64,000 bases of DNA, taken from contig CACNNQ010000002.1 of NCBI GenBank assembly GCA_902621855.1, positions 154,731-218,730 on the forward strand, given 5' to 3'. Under the pieces are notes generated by a model, which was not told the origin of the DNA, searched no databases, and worked only from the letters and a program-made list of their open reading frames with translations. The position numbers and the translations under genes are program-made. Below are positions 50,174 to 59,804 of this stretch, piece after piece; within the stretch, counting starts at the first letter, position 1, and every line of letters begins with the position of its first letter. This DNA is from an uncultured Alphaproteobacteria bacterium. GTDB taxonomy: Bacteria; Pseudomonadota; Alphaproteobacteria; HIMB59; GCA-002718135.

Positions 50174-50992
50174 TTATTCCCATACTGCGTGAGGGGGCAT
50201 TGACATTAATATTGCATCAACATTCCCACCAGTCTCTAGACCAAATTTTGTGCCTCTATCATATAATAAGTTAAATTCAGCATAGCGACTACGCTTAACT
50301 AATTGTATCTTTTTTTCTTCTTCATTCCACTCCTCATCCTTTAGTAAAATTAAAGTATTTTTGATAAACTGATGAAAATAAGTACCTACAGCTTGCACAA
50401 ACTCAAAATCTTTTCCCCAATCACCGGTTTGAAGGTAATCAAAAAATATTCCTCCAACACCTCTTGGTTCGTTTCTGTGTTTAAGAAAAAAATAGTCATC
50501 ACACCATTTTTTAAATTTAGGATAATAAGATTTATCATATTTATTACATAATACTTCTAAACCACGATGATATTTTTCCTCATCCTCGAATATTAGACAA
50601 GGTGTAATATCCATACCTCCGCCAAACCATTCCTGAGTGGTTTTAATAAATCTTGTATTAAAATGCATAGAAGGAATTTTTGGTGAAACAGGATGTAACA
50701 CAACACTAATACCCGTTGCATTATAATTTGGATCTTCTTTAGCACCTGGAATGGTTTCTCTCATATTTTCGTTGAATGTCCCGGCGACTGTAGAAATGTT
50801 TACTCCACCTTTTTCAATAATATTACCCTTTATTTTACTCATTTTACCACCACCATCGTCTTTGTGATCCCAGTTACTTATTTCAAATTTTTTTTCATCA
50901 ATGCTTTGAATAGTTTCAACTAAGTTATCTCGTAATTTTTCAAACCATTCTTTTGCAGTATTAAATTTGGGATCAGCAATCATAATGGCCAA
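50174..50992 (-). CDS. hemF: Oxygen-dependent coproporphyrinogen III oxidase
   Basis: Motifs present: WFGGGMDITP, PRGVGGIFFDY, YDRGTKFGLETGG. An alternative start at 50983 would give an ATGA overlap with hemH. Confidence 0.9.
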   Translation of the reverse strand: MAIMIADPKFNTAKEWFEKLRDNLVETIQSIDEKKFEISNWDHKDDGGGKMSKIKGNIIEKGGVNISTVAGTFNENMRETIPGAKEDPNYNATGISVVLHPVSPKIPSMHFNTRFIKTTQEWFGGGMDITPCLIFEDEEKYHRGLEVLCNKYDKSYYPKFKKWCDDYFFLKHRNEPRGVGGIFFDYLQTGDWGKDFEFVQAVGTYFHQFIKNTLILLKDEEWNEEEKKIQLVKRSRYAEFNLLYDRGTKFGLETGGNVDAILMSMPPHAVWE

Positions 50993-52005
50993 CCTTGAAT
51001 ATGTTTTTTTATCAGATTTACAAAAACGTCTATGTGATCATCGTGATCATTCAAGCAAGGTATATAATGGTAATTTTTTCCACCTGACTCCATAAAATAT
51101 TCTTTATTTTCTTCTTCAAGTTCTTCAAGTGTTTCAAGACAATCACTACTGAAACCAGGAGATATTATATGTATATTTTTAATCCCTTGTTTTGGTAATT
51201 CTTTCAAAGTTTCACTTGTATATGGCTTTAACCATTCTTCCCTGCCAAATCTACTTTGAAAAGTAGTCATTATCTCATCATTAGATAATCCCATATGTTC
51301 TTTGACCAGTCTTGTGGTTTTAAGACAAAAGCAATGATACGGATCACCATTAGTCAAGTACCGTTTTGGTATACCATGATAACTAAAAATAATTTTTTGT
51401 GGTTTAGGATTTTTTTTCCAATATGACTTTATAGAATTTGACAATGCTTCAATATAATTTTTTTCTTCAAAGTATTGATTGATAAAACGCATTTCAGGTA
51501 TCCAACGCCATTTTTGCAAAACATTAGTTACCTCATCAAATGTACTGCCTGTTGTTGCAGCACAATATTGCGGATACATAGGTAAGACTAATAATCTTCT
51601 TACTTGTTTTTTTTGAAGTTTTAACAATGCATCTGGAATAGATGGGTTGCCATAACGCATACCAACTTCAAAAACTATATTTTCATTTTTTGAATAAAAA
51701 GATGATTGAATTTTATTCAATTGTCTGTTCGCAATATCTAAAAGTGGAGAACCTTTATCAGTCCAAATTTGTTTGTATGCTTCTGCTGACTTTGATGGTC
51801 TTGTCTGCAAAATTACTAGCTTCAATAAAATTTGCCATAAGATTTTAGGTAATTCGATTACTCTTGGGTCTGATAAAAATTGATTAAGATAAACTTTTAG
51901 TTCTTTTTTATTTGGAGCATCTGGAGTCCCTAAATTAGTAATTAAAACACCAATTCTTTCTTTACTCCCGTGCTCATAATTTTTTTCACCTATGTATTTA
52001 ACCAT
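50980..52005 (-). CDS. hemH: Ferrochelatase
   Basis: Motifs present: GVLITNLGTPDAP, MRYGNPSI, FSYHGIP, SPGFSSDCLETLEE. Confidence 0.92.
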   Translation of the reverse strand: MVKYIGEKNYEHGSKERIGVLITNLGTPDAPNKKELKVYLNQFLSDPRVIELPKILWQILLKLVILQTRPSKSAEAYKQIWTDKGSPLLDIANRQLNKIQSSFYSKNENIVFEVGMRYGNPSIPDALLKLQKKQVRRLLVLPMYPQYCAATTGSTFDEVTNVLQKWRWIPEMRFINQYFEEKNYIEALSNSIKSYWKKNPKPQKIIFSYHGIPKRYLTNGDPYHCFCLKTTRLVKEHMGLSNDEIMTTFQSRFGREEWLKPYTSETLKELPKQGIKNIHIISPGFSSDCLETLEELEEENKEYFMESGGKNYHYIPCLNDHDDHIDVFVNLIKKHIQGWPL

Positions 52006-52010
52006 ATCTA

Positions 52011-53009
52011 TTAGCTAAATTCTTTTCTGATATTTTCTATAAATAAATGAACATTTTTTTCAGGAGTATTTTTGTTAATTCCATGTCCAAGGCCGCAAAT
52101 CCAGCCATTAAGATTTTCAATTGATTTCATTTTTTCAATAAAATCTTTTAAATCATTGAGAAATGTATCTGTTTCATTCAACATTAATTGTTCATTGAAA
52201 TTTCCCTGAATAAATCCATGCTGTTGATTCTCAAACATAGATTTTAGATCAATTGTGTGATCATAACCAAAACCAGCAAAGGGAAAGCTGATGATAGAAT
52301 TTAGATCTGACAAACTCTTACCTCTTGAATAATATCCAACTTTATTTGGAAAAGAAATTGCAAACTCTTCCAAAAATTTGGAATAAATTTCATGAAAATT
52401 TATTTTATCTAAATCATACAAGGAGCTATCAAAAATCATGACAAGTTCAACACCTGCATCTAATTGTAATTGAATATTTTTCTTTAGAAGAGGTAAAAGA
52501 ATTTTTGAAATAAATTCCAAATTCATTTTAGTGTCTATTAAATCAGAGTTATTATTTCCAAATGCATATTTTGATAATGTCCAAGGTCCACCAACAAATC
52601 CAATTAAACTTTTATTATTTGGCAATTTCTCTTTTGTTATTTTTATAGCTTCAAATTGAAATTGCATATGCTCAATGCCACGATCAACATTGCTATAATC
52701 ATTAATGTTTTCTGAATTTATGTAAGAATTAAATTTAGGTCCTGGGTCAAACTTTAATTCTAAACCAAGTCCCTCTAAAACAAATAAAATATCACTAAAT
52801 AAAATTGCAATATCATAATCAAATTCTTGTATTGGACCAAAAGCAACTTCTGCTGCTAAATTTGGAGTTTTACATAGTTCTTCAAAAGTATATTTTTCTT
52901 TGAGCTTGCGATAATGCGAATGATACCTTCCAGCCTGTCTCATGAACCAAATGGGTGGTGTTTTTTGAATATTTTTTTTGAGAGCATTTTCGAATAAAAT
53001 ATTTGTCAT
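52011..53009 (-). CDS. hemE: Uroporphyrinogen decarboxylase (start moved to Met11)
   Basis: PPIWFMRQAGRY motif, with spacing from MTNILF like E. coli HemE. GGPWTL is also present. Confidence 0.9.
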   Translation of the reverse strand: MTNILFENALKKNIQKTPPIWFMRQAGRYHSHYRKLKEKYTFEELCKTPNLAAEVAFGPIQEFDYDIAILFSDILFVLEGLGLELKFDPGPKFNSYINSENINDYSNVDRGIEHMQFQFEAIKITKEKLPNNKSLIGFVGGPWTLSKYAFGNNNSDLIDTKMNLEFISKILLPLLKKNIQLQLDAGVELVMIFDSSLYDLDKINFHEIYSKFLEEFAISFPNKVGYYSRGKSLSDLNSIISFPFAGFGYDHTIDLKSMFENQQHGFIQGNFNEQLMLNETDTFLNDLKDFIEKMKSIENLNGWICGLGHGINKNTPEKNVHLFIENIRKEFS

Positions 53010-53011
53010 TT

Positions 53012-54520
53012 TTAGGCTTTCAGTAATTTTTTCTTCCAACTATCATAAGATAGCTCAACAAAAAGATTTTTATCATTACCTAATATTTTACTAATCTCAT
53101 TGTAAGTATTTCCTGGGCCACAAAAATGATATTTTTCAATAATTTTAGGATATTTATCAATACTAGCCTTAAAAGCTGAACTGCTCATCCAATAAAAGTA
53201 CTTTTTCTTTTCTATATCTATTTCAAAATCAATAGGCTCTAATAGATACGTTTCAATTTTATTTTTTATTGAACTTTCTGGAGATTGAGAATGAGTTAAC
53301 TTAACCCAGGGATTATTTGTAAGTGAATTAATATCTTTATCAAAATCCTCCCCAAGACCATCTGAAGTTCCATTAACCCAAATACCTCTTTCAGCTAAAT
53401 TTTTCCATGTTCTTAAACCACTAGTCCAAATAACATTATTTGATTGGATTTTTGACTTATTTGGGATTGAGCTAATTCGCGAAACATAAATACATTTATT
53501 TTGTAAATTATTTATATCATCGACATTTTCATTTAATTCTTTTCTAGAAAATATTTTATAATTTTTTATATTTTCAGGATAAATTTCATCTTTTGTATTA
53601 CTTGAAAAATTTATATCTTTTGGATCAATAAAATCCCAGCTCTCAAAATGATTGCCATTTTCATCTTCACCCCTTTTAGATACAACTAATCCTAATTTAT
53701 GTGAGATGTAAGATACTCCTATTTTTTGGTGACATCCTCCTCCATAATTTTTTAAAATATTTCTTTCCTTAATAACATTTGAATAATCTTTGGAAAAATT
53801 AATATCATTTAAAATTTCGTTAAGTTTATTATCTTTAATTCTTGTTTCAATCGCTAGAGCTCCTTGTCCAGGAGAACAAGGGTTTATAGACAATGGTAAA
53901 ACAGACCATAGACATTTGTTTATATATTTTTTTAAAGTTGTTTTTAATTCATAAAATTCAGCATAATTATTTAAAAGCAATCTATCAATTGCTGCCTTAG
54001 CAACAATGAAACCGTCACTATCAGGATCTTCCAAAAATTTTTTAAATCTAGTTGGTATGTTACCTCTAATATTTTCAAAAATAATTTCATCAAACTTATG
54101 TGGAAGATAATTTACAATAAAATTCTCTAAATTATATTGTCTTCTTGGTGATGAACAAAGAATAGTAATTTTCTTACTATTCATTTTTTTATTTTTTTTT
54201 AAAAATAATATATCTCTTTTATCAGCTCGTTTTAAAGTTGCAGCTATTTTAGTTTTCTCACCAACTTCAATTGGAAGATCCTTCCACGAATGTACAATTA
54301 AATCACATTTATTATTTATTAACTCATGCCTTAAATCATTTGTAAAAACACCTTCAGTTGGCATCTCAGAAAGTGGAGTTTTAAGATCTTTATCACCAGA
54401 GGTACTTCGTGTTAAAAATTCTATTTCTATAAAAGGATGTTTTGATTGCAAATAATCGGAAAATTCACGTGCTTGAATTATTGCCAAGTCACTTTTTCTA
54501 GATAAAATTCTTATTTTCAT
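53012..54520 (-). CDS. hemC: Hydroxymethylbilane synthase with a ~170-aa C-terminal extension that looks HemD (uroporphyrinogen-III synthase)-like
   Basis: The N-terminal ~320 aa carry HemC motifs (SRKSDLAIIQA, HSWKDLP, SSPRRQ, RGNIPTR). The cofactor Cys lies in GGGCHQKIG (Cys263, codon 53732-53734). The total of 502 aa compares with ~310 aa for a typical HemC. The tail contains VIWTSGLRTWKNL...WMSSSAFKA...FCGPGNT. Confidence 0.85.
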   Translation of the reverse strand: MKIRILSRKSDLAIIQAREFSDYLQSKHPFIEIEFLTRSTSGDKDLKTPLSEMPTEGVFTNDLRHELINNKCDLIVHSWKDLPIEVGEKTKIAATLKRADKRDILFLKKNKKMNSKKITILCSSPRRQYNLENFIVNYLPHKFDEIIFENIRGNIPTRFKKFLEDPDSDGFIVAKAAIDRLLLNNYAEFYELKTTLKKYINKCLWSVLPLSINPCSPGQGALAIETRIKDNKLNEILNDINFSKDYSNVIKERNILKNYGGGCHQKIGVSYISHKLGLVVSKRGEDENGNHFESWDFIDPKDINFSSNTKDEIYPENIKNYKIFSRKELNENVDDINNLQNKCIYVSRISSIPNKSKIQSNNVIWTSGLRTWKNLAERGIWVNGTSDGLGEDFDKDINSLTNNPWVKLTHSQSPESSIKNKIETYLLEPIDFEIDIEKKKYFYWMSSSAFKASIDKYPKIIEKYHFCGPGNTYNEISKILGNDKNLFVELSYDSWKKKLLKA

Positions 54521-54562
54521 TACTTATATTTCTATAAATAACACTATATTGTAAAATTAGTA

Positions 54563-55126
54563 ATGGTTGAATTTAAAGGCACAAAATCTTCGTGGGGCTT
54601 GGTTGCAAAACTTTTTCATTGGTCATTGGCACTCCTTCTTTTTTGGCAAGTTGCAACAGGGATTAGCCTTCATAATATGGAATTTTCTCCTCTTAAAATA
54701 GGTTTTATTATTACTCATAAATTTTTTGGCACCTTAGTCTTTAGTTTAGTTGTGTTTAGATTAATGTGGAAATACATATTTAATACTCATCCTGAATATG
54801 AAAATATTCCTTTATTTCATAAATTGGTTTCAAATTTAGTCCATTTTGTACTTTATGGTTTAGTTATTCTTATTCCTATTCAAGGTACCTTTATGACATG
54901 GCTTGGAGGAGAAGATGTTCATCTCTTGGGATTAATTAAAATAACTCCTTTAATCGAAGAGAATTTTTTTTTATACCCCCAAGCTCTAGCCATACACTAC
55001 TACTCAGCACTTATGTTAACAGCTCTTTTTTCACTTCATATTGCAGCGGCGTTGTATCATAGATTTATAATTAAAGATAAATATGGTGTCTGGAAGAGGA
55101 TGTCTTTTAGGGGAAATAAGGTGTGA
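54563..55126 (+). CDS. Cytochrome b561 family protein
   Basis: Four TM helices with conserved His positions (LFHWSLALLL, ITHKFFG, HFVLYGL, LHIAAALYH). Confidence 0.8.
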   Translation: MVEFKGTKSSWGLVAKLFHWSLALLLFWQVATGISLHNMEFSPLKIGFIITHKFFGTLVFSLVVFRLMWKYIFNTHPEYENIPLFHKLVSNLVHFVLYGLVILIPIQGTFMTWLGGEDVHLLGLIKITPLIEENFFLYPQALAIHYYSALMLTALFSLHIAAALYHRFIIKDKYGVWKRMSFRGNKV

Positions 55127-55181
55127 CAATTCATTCAATTAAACACTTACAATTAAAGGTTGGGTAAGATATCTAATATTT

Positions 55182-56417
55182 ATGCATTACAAAAATTTCT
55201 TTGAATCTGAATTGAAAAATTTAAAAGATCAAGGTCTTTATAGAGACTTTAGAAACATAGACAGACCTATAAGAAGTTTTCCAAATGCAGATGAAAGTTT
55301 CAAAAATAAAGAAAGAGAAGTCGAGGTTTGGTGTTCTAATGACTATCTGAACATGAGTCAGCACCCAGAGGTAGTAAATGAAATTGTAAAAACACTACTT
55401 GAATATGGATCTGGTTCAGGTGGAACAAGAAATATTTCTGGTACATCAACTTATCACACTGAACTTGAAAAAAAACTGGCAAATGTTCATAATAAAGAGG
55501 CGGCATTGGTTTTTGCTTCTGCTTATACAGCAAACCAATCTACATTATGGACTTTAGGAAAAAAAATTAAAGATATTGAAATATTTTCTGATGAATTAAA
55601 TCACGCATCTTTAATACAAGGTATTAAGAATAGTGGTGCTAAGTGTCATATATTTAAACACAATGACATTGATCATTTAGAAGAGTTACTAAAAGAGTCA
55701 AATGTTGATAATCCTAAGTTAATCGTTTTTGAAAGTTTATACTCTATGGAAGGTATAAGATCGCCTATAGTAAAAATAGTAGAGTTAGCAAAAAAATATA
55801 ACTGTATGACATATCTGGATGAGGTTCATTCAGTTGGACTTTACGGTGAAGAAGGTAAAGGTATTGCAGTAGAAATGGGAGTTGAAGATAAAATAGATAT
55901 TATTAATGGAACTTTAGCAAAAGCATATGGTCAAATGGGAGGTTATATTGCAGCTAGTTCAGAAATAATTGATTACATTAGAAGTTTCTCTCCAGGTTTT
56001 ATTTTTACGACTTCAATCTGCCCATCAATTGCTGCAGGAGCAGCTAAAGCGATAGATATTGTTTCTCTTGCAGATCAATTAAGAATAAGAATAAAAGAAA
56101 ATGCTGCTCTTATCAGAGAAAATTTAGACTCCTTAGCAATTCCTTATTTGGATACAAATTCTCATATTGTAGCAGTATTAATAAATGATCCTTTTTTATG
56201 TAAAAAAGTATCTAAAGATTTAATTGATGATCATGGTATCTATGCACAACCAATTTTTTACCCAACTGTCCCAAAAGGTTTAGAAAGACTAAGAATAACT
56301 GTTACCCCAAAACATAGAAAAGAGCATATTGAAAAAATGATAAAGGCCCTTGATATAGTTTGGTCTAAAAATAATTTGCCAAGAAAAAATATTAATAAAG
56401 TTTCAGCAAATATCTAA
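55182..56417 (+). CDS. hemA: 5-aminolevulinate synthase
   Basis: [11 protein letters not shown], the alpha-oxoamine synthase fold, [10 protein letters not shown] and the PLP-lysine region GTLAKAYG. Confidence 0.92.
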   Translation: MHYKNFFESELKNLKDQGLYRDFRNIDRPIRSFPNADESFKNKEREVEVWCSNDYLNMSQHPEVVNEIVKTLLEYGSGSGGTRNISGTSTYHTELEKKLANVHNKEAALVFASAYTANQSTLWTLGKKIKDIEIFSDELNHASLIQGIKNSGAKCHIFKHNDIDHLEELLKESNVDNPKLIVFESLYSMEGIRSPIVKIVELAKKYNCMTYLDEVHSVGLYGEEGKGIAVEMGVEDKIDIINGTLAKAYGQMGGYIAASSEIIDYIRSFSPGFIFTTSICPSIAAGAAKAIDIVSLADQLRIRIKENAALIRENLDSLAIPYLDTNSHIVAVLINDPFLCKKVSKDLIDDHGIYAQPIFYPTVPKGLERLRITVTPKHRKEHIEKMIKALDIVWSKNNLPRKNINKVSANI

Positions 56418-57316
56418 GTCTTAATATTGATATCAATCTGCCTAGCAGCAAAACCATAATAGACTACGGCTAGAGTTATTATAAAGCCTCCAATTATTAC
56501 AGTTGTACTTGGGACCTCATTAATTCCAAAAATAGGTAGCCAAACCCAAAGAACTCCACCTACAACTTCCATTAAAGATAAAAGTGCAAGCTCAGCTGAT
56601 GGTAAGTATTTTGCTCCAAGACTGTAAAGTATTAAACCAGCTGCAACAATTATTCCATGAAGTATACTCAAATAACTGTTTATTTGAGGCATGAGAATAA
56701 AAGGTTCAAAAGAAAGTCCTAAAACACAGAATGCAAATATCGTACAAAATAGTCCAGCTAAAACAACTGTTGTGAATTTAGGAGTTTCAGGTTTCCATCT
56801 TATTGTTACTGTATATAATGCAAAACCAGTTGCAGAAATAAATCCTATTATTGCACCTAAGGCAGTACCAGATATACTGTCATTTATAATCATCACACAA
56901 ACACCTATGAATGCTACGACCATTGCAATTAATGTTGATTTTTTTAGTATTTCGCCAAGAACAAAATAACCAACAATGGCTGCAATAAAAGGCATAGCTG
57001 CTAACATAAATAATGTAACAGCAGCCGTAGTCATAGTGATAGAAAAAATGAACCCAGTAAAAGCTGTTGCTAGGAATAACCCTCCAAGTATGGATGGTAT
57101 TCCTATTTTGAGAAAATTTTTATAAAAAGCGAAACCTTCACGAAATAATAAATATATAAGAAGAATAGTTGAAATAGTTAAACCTCTATAAAATAAATAT
57201 TGAAAAACATATTGATGACCATCAACCATATATCTTACGGTCAGCGCTCCAAAACTCCAAAAAATTCCAGCAAGAAAAACTACAAAAAAAGCATATAAAT
57301 AAGAATTTTGACTCAT
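56414..57316 (-). CDS. EamA/DMT-superfamily transporter
   Basis: A 300-aa protein with about 10 TM segments and two EamA-like halves. Confidence 0.8.
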   Translation of the reverse strand: MSQNSYLYAFFVVFLAGIFWSFGALTVRYMVDGHQYVFQYLFYRGLTISTILLIYLLFREGFAFYKNFLKIGIPSILGGLFLATAFTGFIFSITMTTAAVTLFMLAAMPFIAAIVGYFVLGEILKKSTLIAMVVAFIGVCVMIINDSISGTALGAIIGFISATGFALYTVTIRWKPETPKFTTVVLAGLFCTIFAFCVLGLSFEPFILMPQINSYLSILHGIIVAAGLILYSLGAKYLPSAELALLSLMEVVGGVLWVWLPIFGINEVPSTTVIIGGFIITLAVVYYGFAARQIDINIKT

Positions 57317-57490
57317 TCCTAAAAGGTAAAATCATTAAATTTAGTAAAAGTAAATTGATATTTTAGTTATTTATTTGGATTCCAGTTTCTTTACTTCCTG
57401 AAATCTTAAAATTAACTTTATTATCATCATTTTTTTGTATTTCAGACACAGTTGACATCTTACAACTAGCTACAAGAAGGAACAAAAAAA

Positions 57491-57994
57491 TTATTGGCAA
57501 CTGCCTATAGATCCAAGAGCGCATTGTTTTCCATCTACCCAAACTGCATTTGATAAATTTGCTTCATCAAAAATTGCACCTGAAATATTAGCACCAAGAA
57601 GATTTGCCTCATATAAATTTGCACCTTTAAAAGTTGCTCCAAAGAGATTTGACCCTTCAAAATTTACTTTAGCTAGATTTGCATTATCAAAATTAGCATT
57701 ATTACAATTTGCACCTTGTAAGTTTGAGGCATATAAATTTGAATTACTAAAATTTGAGAAGATAAAATTACCAATAGATAGATTTGAGTTATTAAGCTGA
57801 GATTTTTCAAAATTAGATAAAGATAAATTAACTCCTGACATTTGAGAATTTGCCATGCCAGTACCAGATAAATCTAGATTTTCTACAAAATTACAATTAG
57901 TCCAATCAACCTCATTTGCTGGTTGATCACTACACGCAGCGAATAAAGAATATGAGCTGAAGATACTTAAAATAAATAAAATTAAAAATCTCAT
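57491..57994 (-). CDS. Secreted (possibly lipidated) pentapeptide-repeat protein
   Basis: The signal peptide ends in LFAAC, a lipobox-like sequence. Then about 25 tandem A(D/N)LxX pentapeptides follow (e.g. ANLYEANLLGANISGAIFDEANLSNA). Confidence 0.8.
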   Translation of the reverse strand: MRFLILFILSIFSSYSLFAACSDQPANEVDWTNCNFVENLDLSGTGMANSQMSGVNLSLSNFEKSQLNNSNLSIGNFIFSNFSNSNLYASNLQGANCNNANFDNANLAKVNFEGSNLFGATFKGANLYEANLLGANISGAIFDEANLSNAVWVDGKQCALGSIGSCQ

Positions 57995-58035
57995 ATTAAT
58001 TTTTTATGATCAGTTTATGTTAAATTTAAGGCAAA

Positions 58036-59802
58036 TTAGCGTGAAGTTAGTTTTAATTCAATCCTTCTATTTTGCTGCAAGTCACTATCAGTTTCTCCAT
58101 CACTTATAGGATAAAATTCTCCATATCCTGCCGATGCTAACCTATTTGGTGGAAAACCAAGATCAAGAAGAAGTTTTAAAACTGTATTTGCTCTAGCTGA
58201 AGATAATTCCCAGTTAGACGGATATCTAATTGTTTGTATAGGTTTTTTGTCAGTGTGTCCTTCTACCATGATAATCCAGTCAATATCTGATGGAATATCA
58301 TTAGTAGTCTCTTTTAAAGTAAGACCAATTTCACTTAATTTTTCTTTACCAGAGAGTTGTAAGTCTGCTGAAGCAGAATCAAAAAGAAGTTCTGATTCAA
58401 AAATAAATCTATCCCCTACAATTTTAATGTCTTTTCTATCACCTAAAATAGATTGTAATTTACCAAAAAACTCAGATCTATATTTTTGAAGTTCAAATAC
58501 TTTAGATGTAAGGGCCTTATTTAATTTTTCACCAAGTACTTCTATTTCTAAATCTTTAATTAAAGCCTGACTCTCACTCGCTTCTAGAGCACTATTGAGT
58601 AAAGCTATTTCTTTCTGCAAGGTATCAATTTGATTAGAAAGAATTTCTACCTGTTCTAATGTTTTTGAGGCTTGTATTTCCATATTTTTAATTTCTTCAA
58701 GTGAGGTTTCTTTTTGTATTTGATTTTCTTGTTCTAATAAAGCAATTTGATTTTGAAGTAGCTCAAGTTTTTCTAATTGTTGTTTTTGTTTATCTTCCGA
58801 CAAAGAAAGAACATTATTAAGTTCAGATATTTTTCCTCGCAGATTAAAAATAGTGCTGTCTTTCTGAATTAAGTCTTTATTTAATCTTGCTAATTCTTCA
58901 TTTTTAAACCGAATTGCTTCAAGCTGTTCATTAAGTGATGCATCTTTTAAACCTAGACTATCATTAATTTCTAAAAGATCATTCATCAGTTCTTGATATT
59001 GGGATATTTGACTTTGTAATTCTTCATCCCTTAATGATAGTTCAATATTTGTCTTTTCTAATTCATCATTTAAACTTAAGAGTTTTTCATTTTTATTTTT
59101 AATTGCAAGTAATTGCTCTTCAATACCACCTTCCTCTAAACCTAGACTTTCGTTAATGGCCATTAAATTTTTATTCTTCTCATTTAATTCAGCAATTGTG
59201 GATTTAAGAGATTTTTCACTTTCAATTAGTTTAAAATTAGCACTGTCTAGTTCTTGATTAAGTATTTTTAGTTGATCAATTCTTGTTGCAAGTGCTTTAT
59301 TAATTCGCTCTCCAAGTCCTTTGGTTTCAAGTAAAGTTATTTCTTGTCCTTCATAAGTTTCTAATGCATTTGCAACTATTCTCAGTTCTTTTAAAAGACT
59401 GCTAATTTGTTCTGATAAAGCAATTATATTTTGCTCCTGGACAAAAATTTCTGACCTTTTTTTTGCAACATCTGTTTGTAATTGTTCACTTAATAATTGC
59501 TCACTCTGTAAATTCAATTCTGTATCTTCAAGTATTTTCTCTGTTTCAGAGAGAGTTTTAAGCGCTTCTTCCTTATCCTTAGTTTCAAGAACAAGTATTT
59601 TGGATAATTCATTTATTTGGGTTCTTAAATCTTCAAGCGCCTTATCCCTTCCAGATATAGCATCACTCAGATATATTTGTGAAACTGTAAAAACCATTAG
59701 TACGAATATGATAACTATTAAAAGAGTGGCTAGAACATCTACAAAGCCAGGCCAAATATTTGTTGTATCAGCAAGTCTATTTCTTAAAGACCTAGTAGAC
59801 AT
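58036..59802 (-). CDS. MotB/OmpA-like peptidoglycan-binding protein with a ~400-aa coiled-coil insert
   Basis: N-terminal single TM with an Asp at its cytoplasmic edge (WPGFVDVLATLLIVIIFVL; D22, codon 59737-59739). Residues ~45-445 are heptad-rich E/K/L/Q. The C-terminal OmpA-like domain reads VEGHTDKKP...SNWELSSARANTV...NRRIELKL. Confidence 0.8.
   Translation of the reverse strand: MSTRSLRNRLADTTNIWPGFVDVLATLLIVIIFVLMVFTVSQIYLSDAISGRDKALEDLRTQINELSKILVLETKDKEEALKTLSETEKILEDTELNLQSEQLLSEQLQTDVAKKRSEIFVQEQNIIALSEQISSLLKELRIVANALETYEGQEITLLETKGLGERINKALATRIDQLKILNQELDSANFKLIESEKSLKSTIAELNEKNKNLMAINESLGLEEGGIEEQLLAIKNKNEKLLSLNDELEKTNIELSLRDEELQSQISQYQELMNDLLEINDSLGLKDASLNEQLEAIRFKNEELARLNKDLIQKDSTIFNLRGKISELNNVLSLSEDKQKQQLEKLELLQNQIALLEQENQIQKETSLEEIKNMEIQASKTLEQVEILSNQIDTLQKEIALLNSALEASESQALIKDLEIEVLGEKLNKALTSKVFELQKYRSEFFGKLQSILGDRKDIKIVGDRFIFESELLFDSASADLQLSGKEKLSEIGLTLKETTNDIPSDIDWIIMVEGHTDKKPIQTIRYPSNWELSSARANTVLKLLLDLGFPPNRLASAGYGEFYPISDGETDSDLQQNRRIELKLTSR
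58870..59157 (-). repeat. Internal 63-aa (189-nt) tandem duplication inside the coiled-coil region
   Basis: Residues 216-248 (INESLGLEEGGIEEQLLAIKNKNEKLLSLNDEL) and residues 279-311 (INDSLGLKDASLNEQLEAIRFKNEELARLNKDL) share 18 of 33 identical positions by my hand alignment. Confidence 0.7.
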
Positions 59803-59804
59803 TA

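Noticed and set aside
57363-57458. A 31-aa minus-strand ORF (MSTVSEIQKNDDNKVNFKISGSKETGIQINN) in the largest non-coding gap (57317-57490).
   Set aside because: It has no SD sequence, hydrophobic or Cys pattern, or recognisable family. An ORF of this length is expected by chance. The gap more likely holds the EamA promoter and the end of the pentapeptide-gene transcript.
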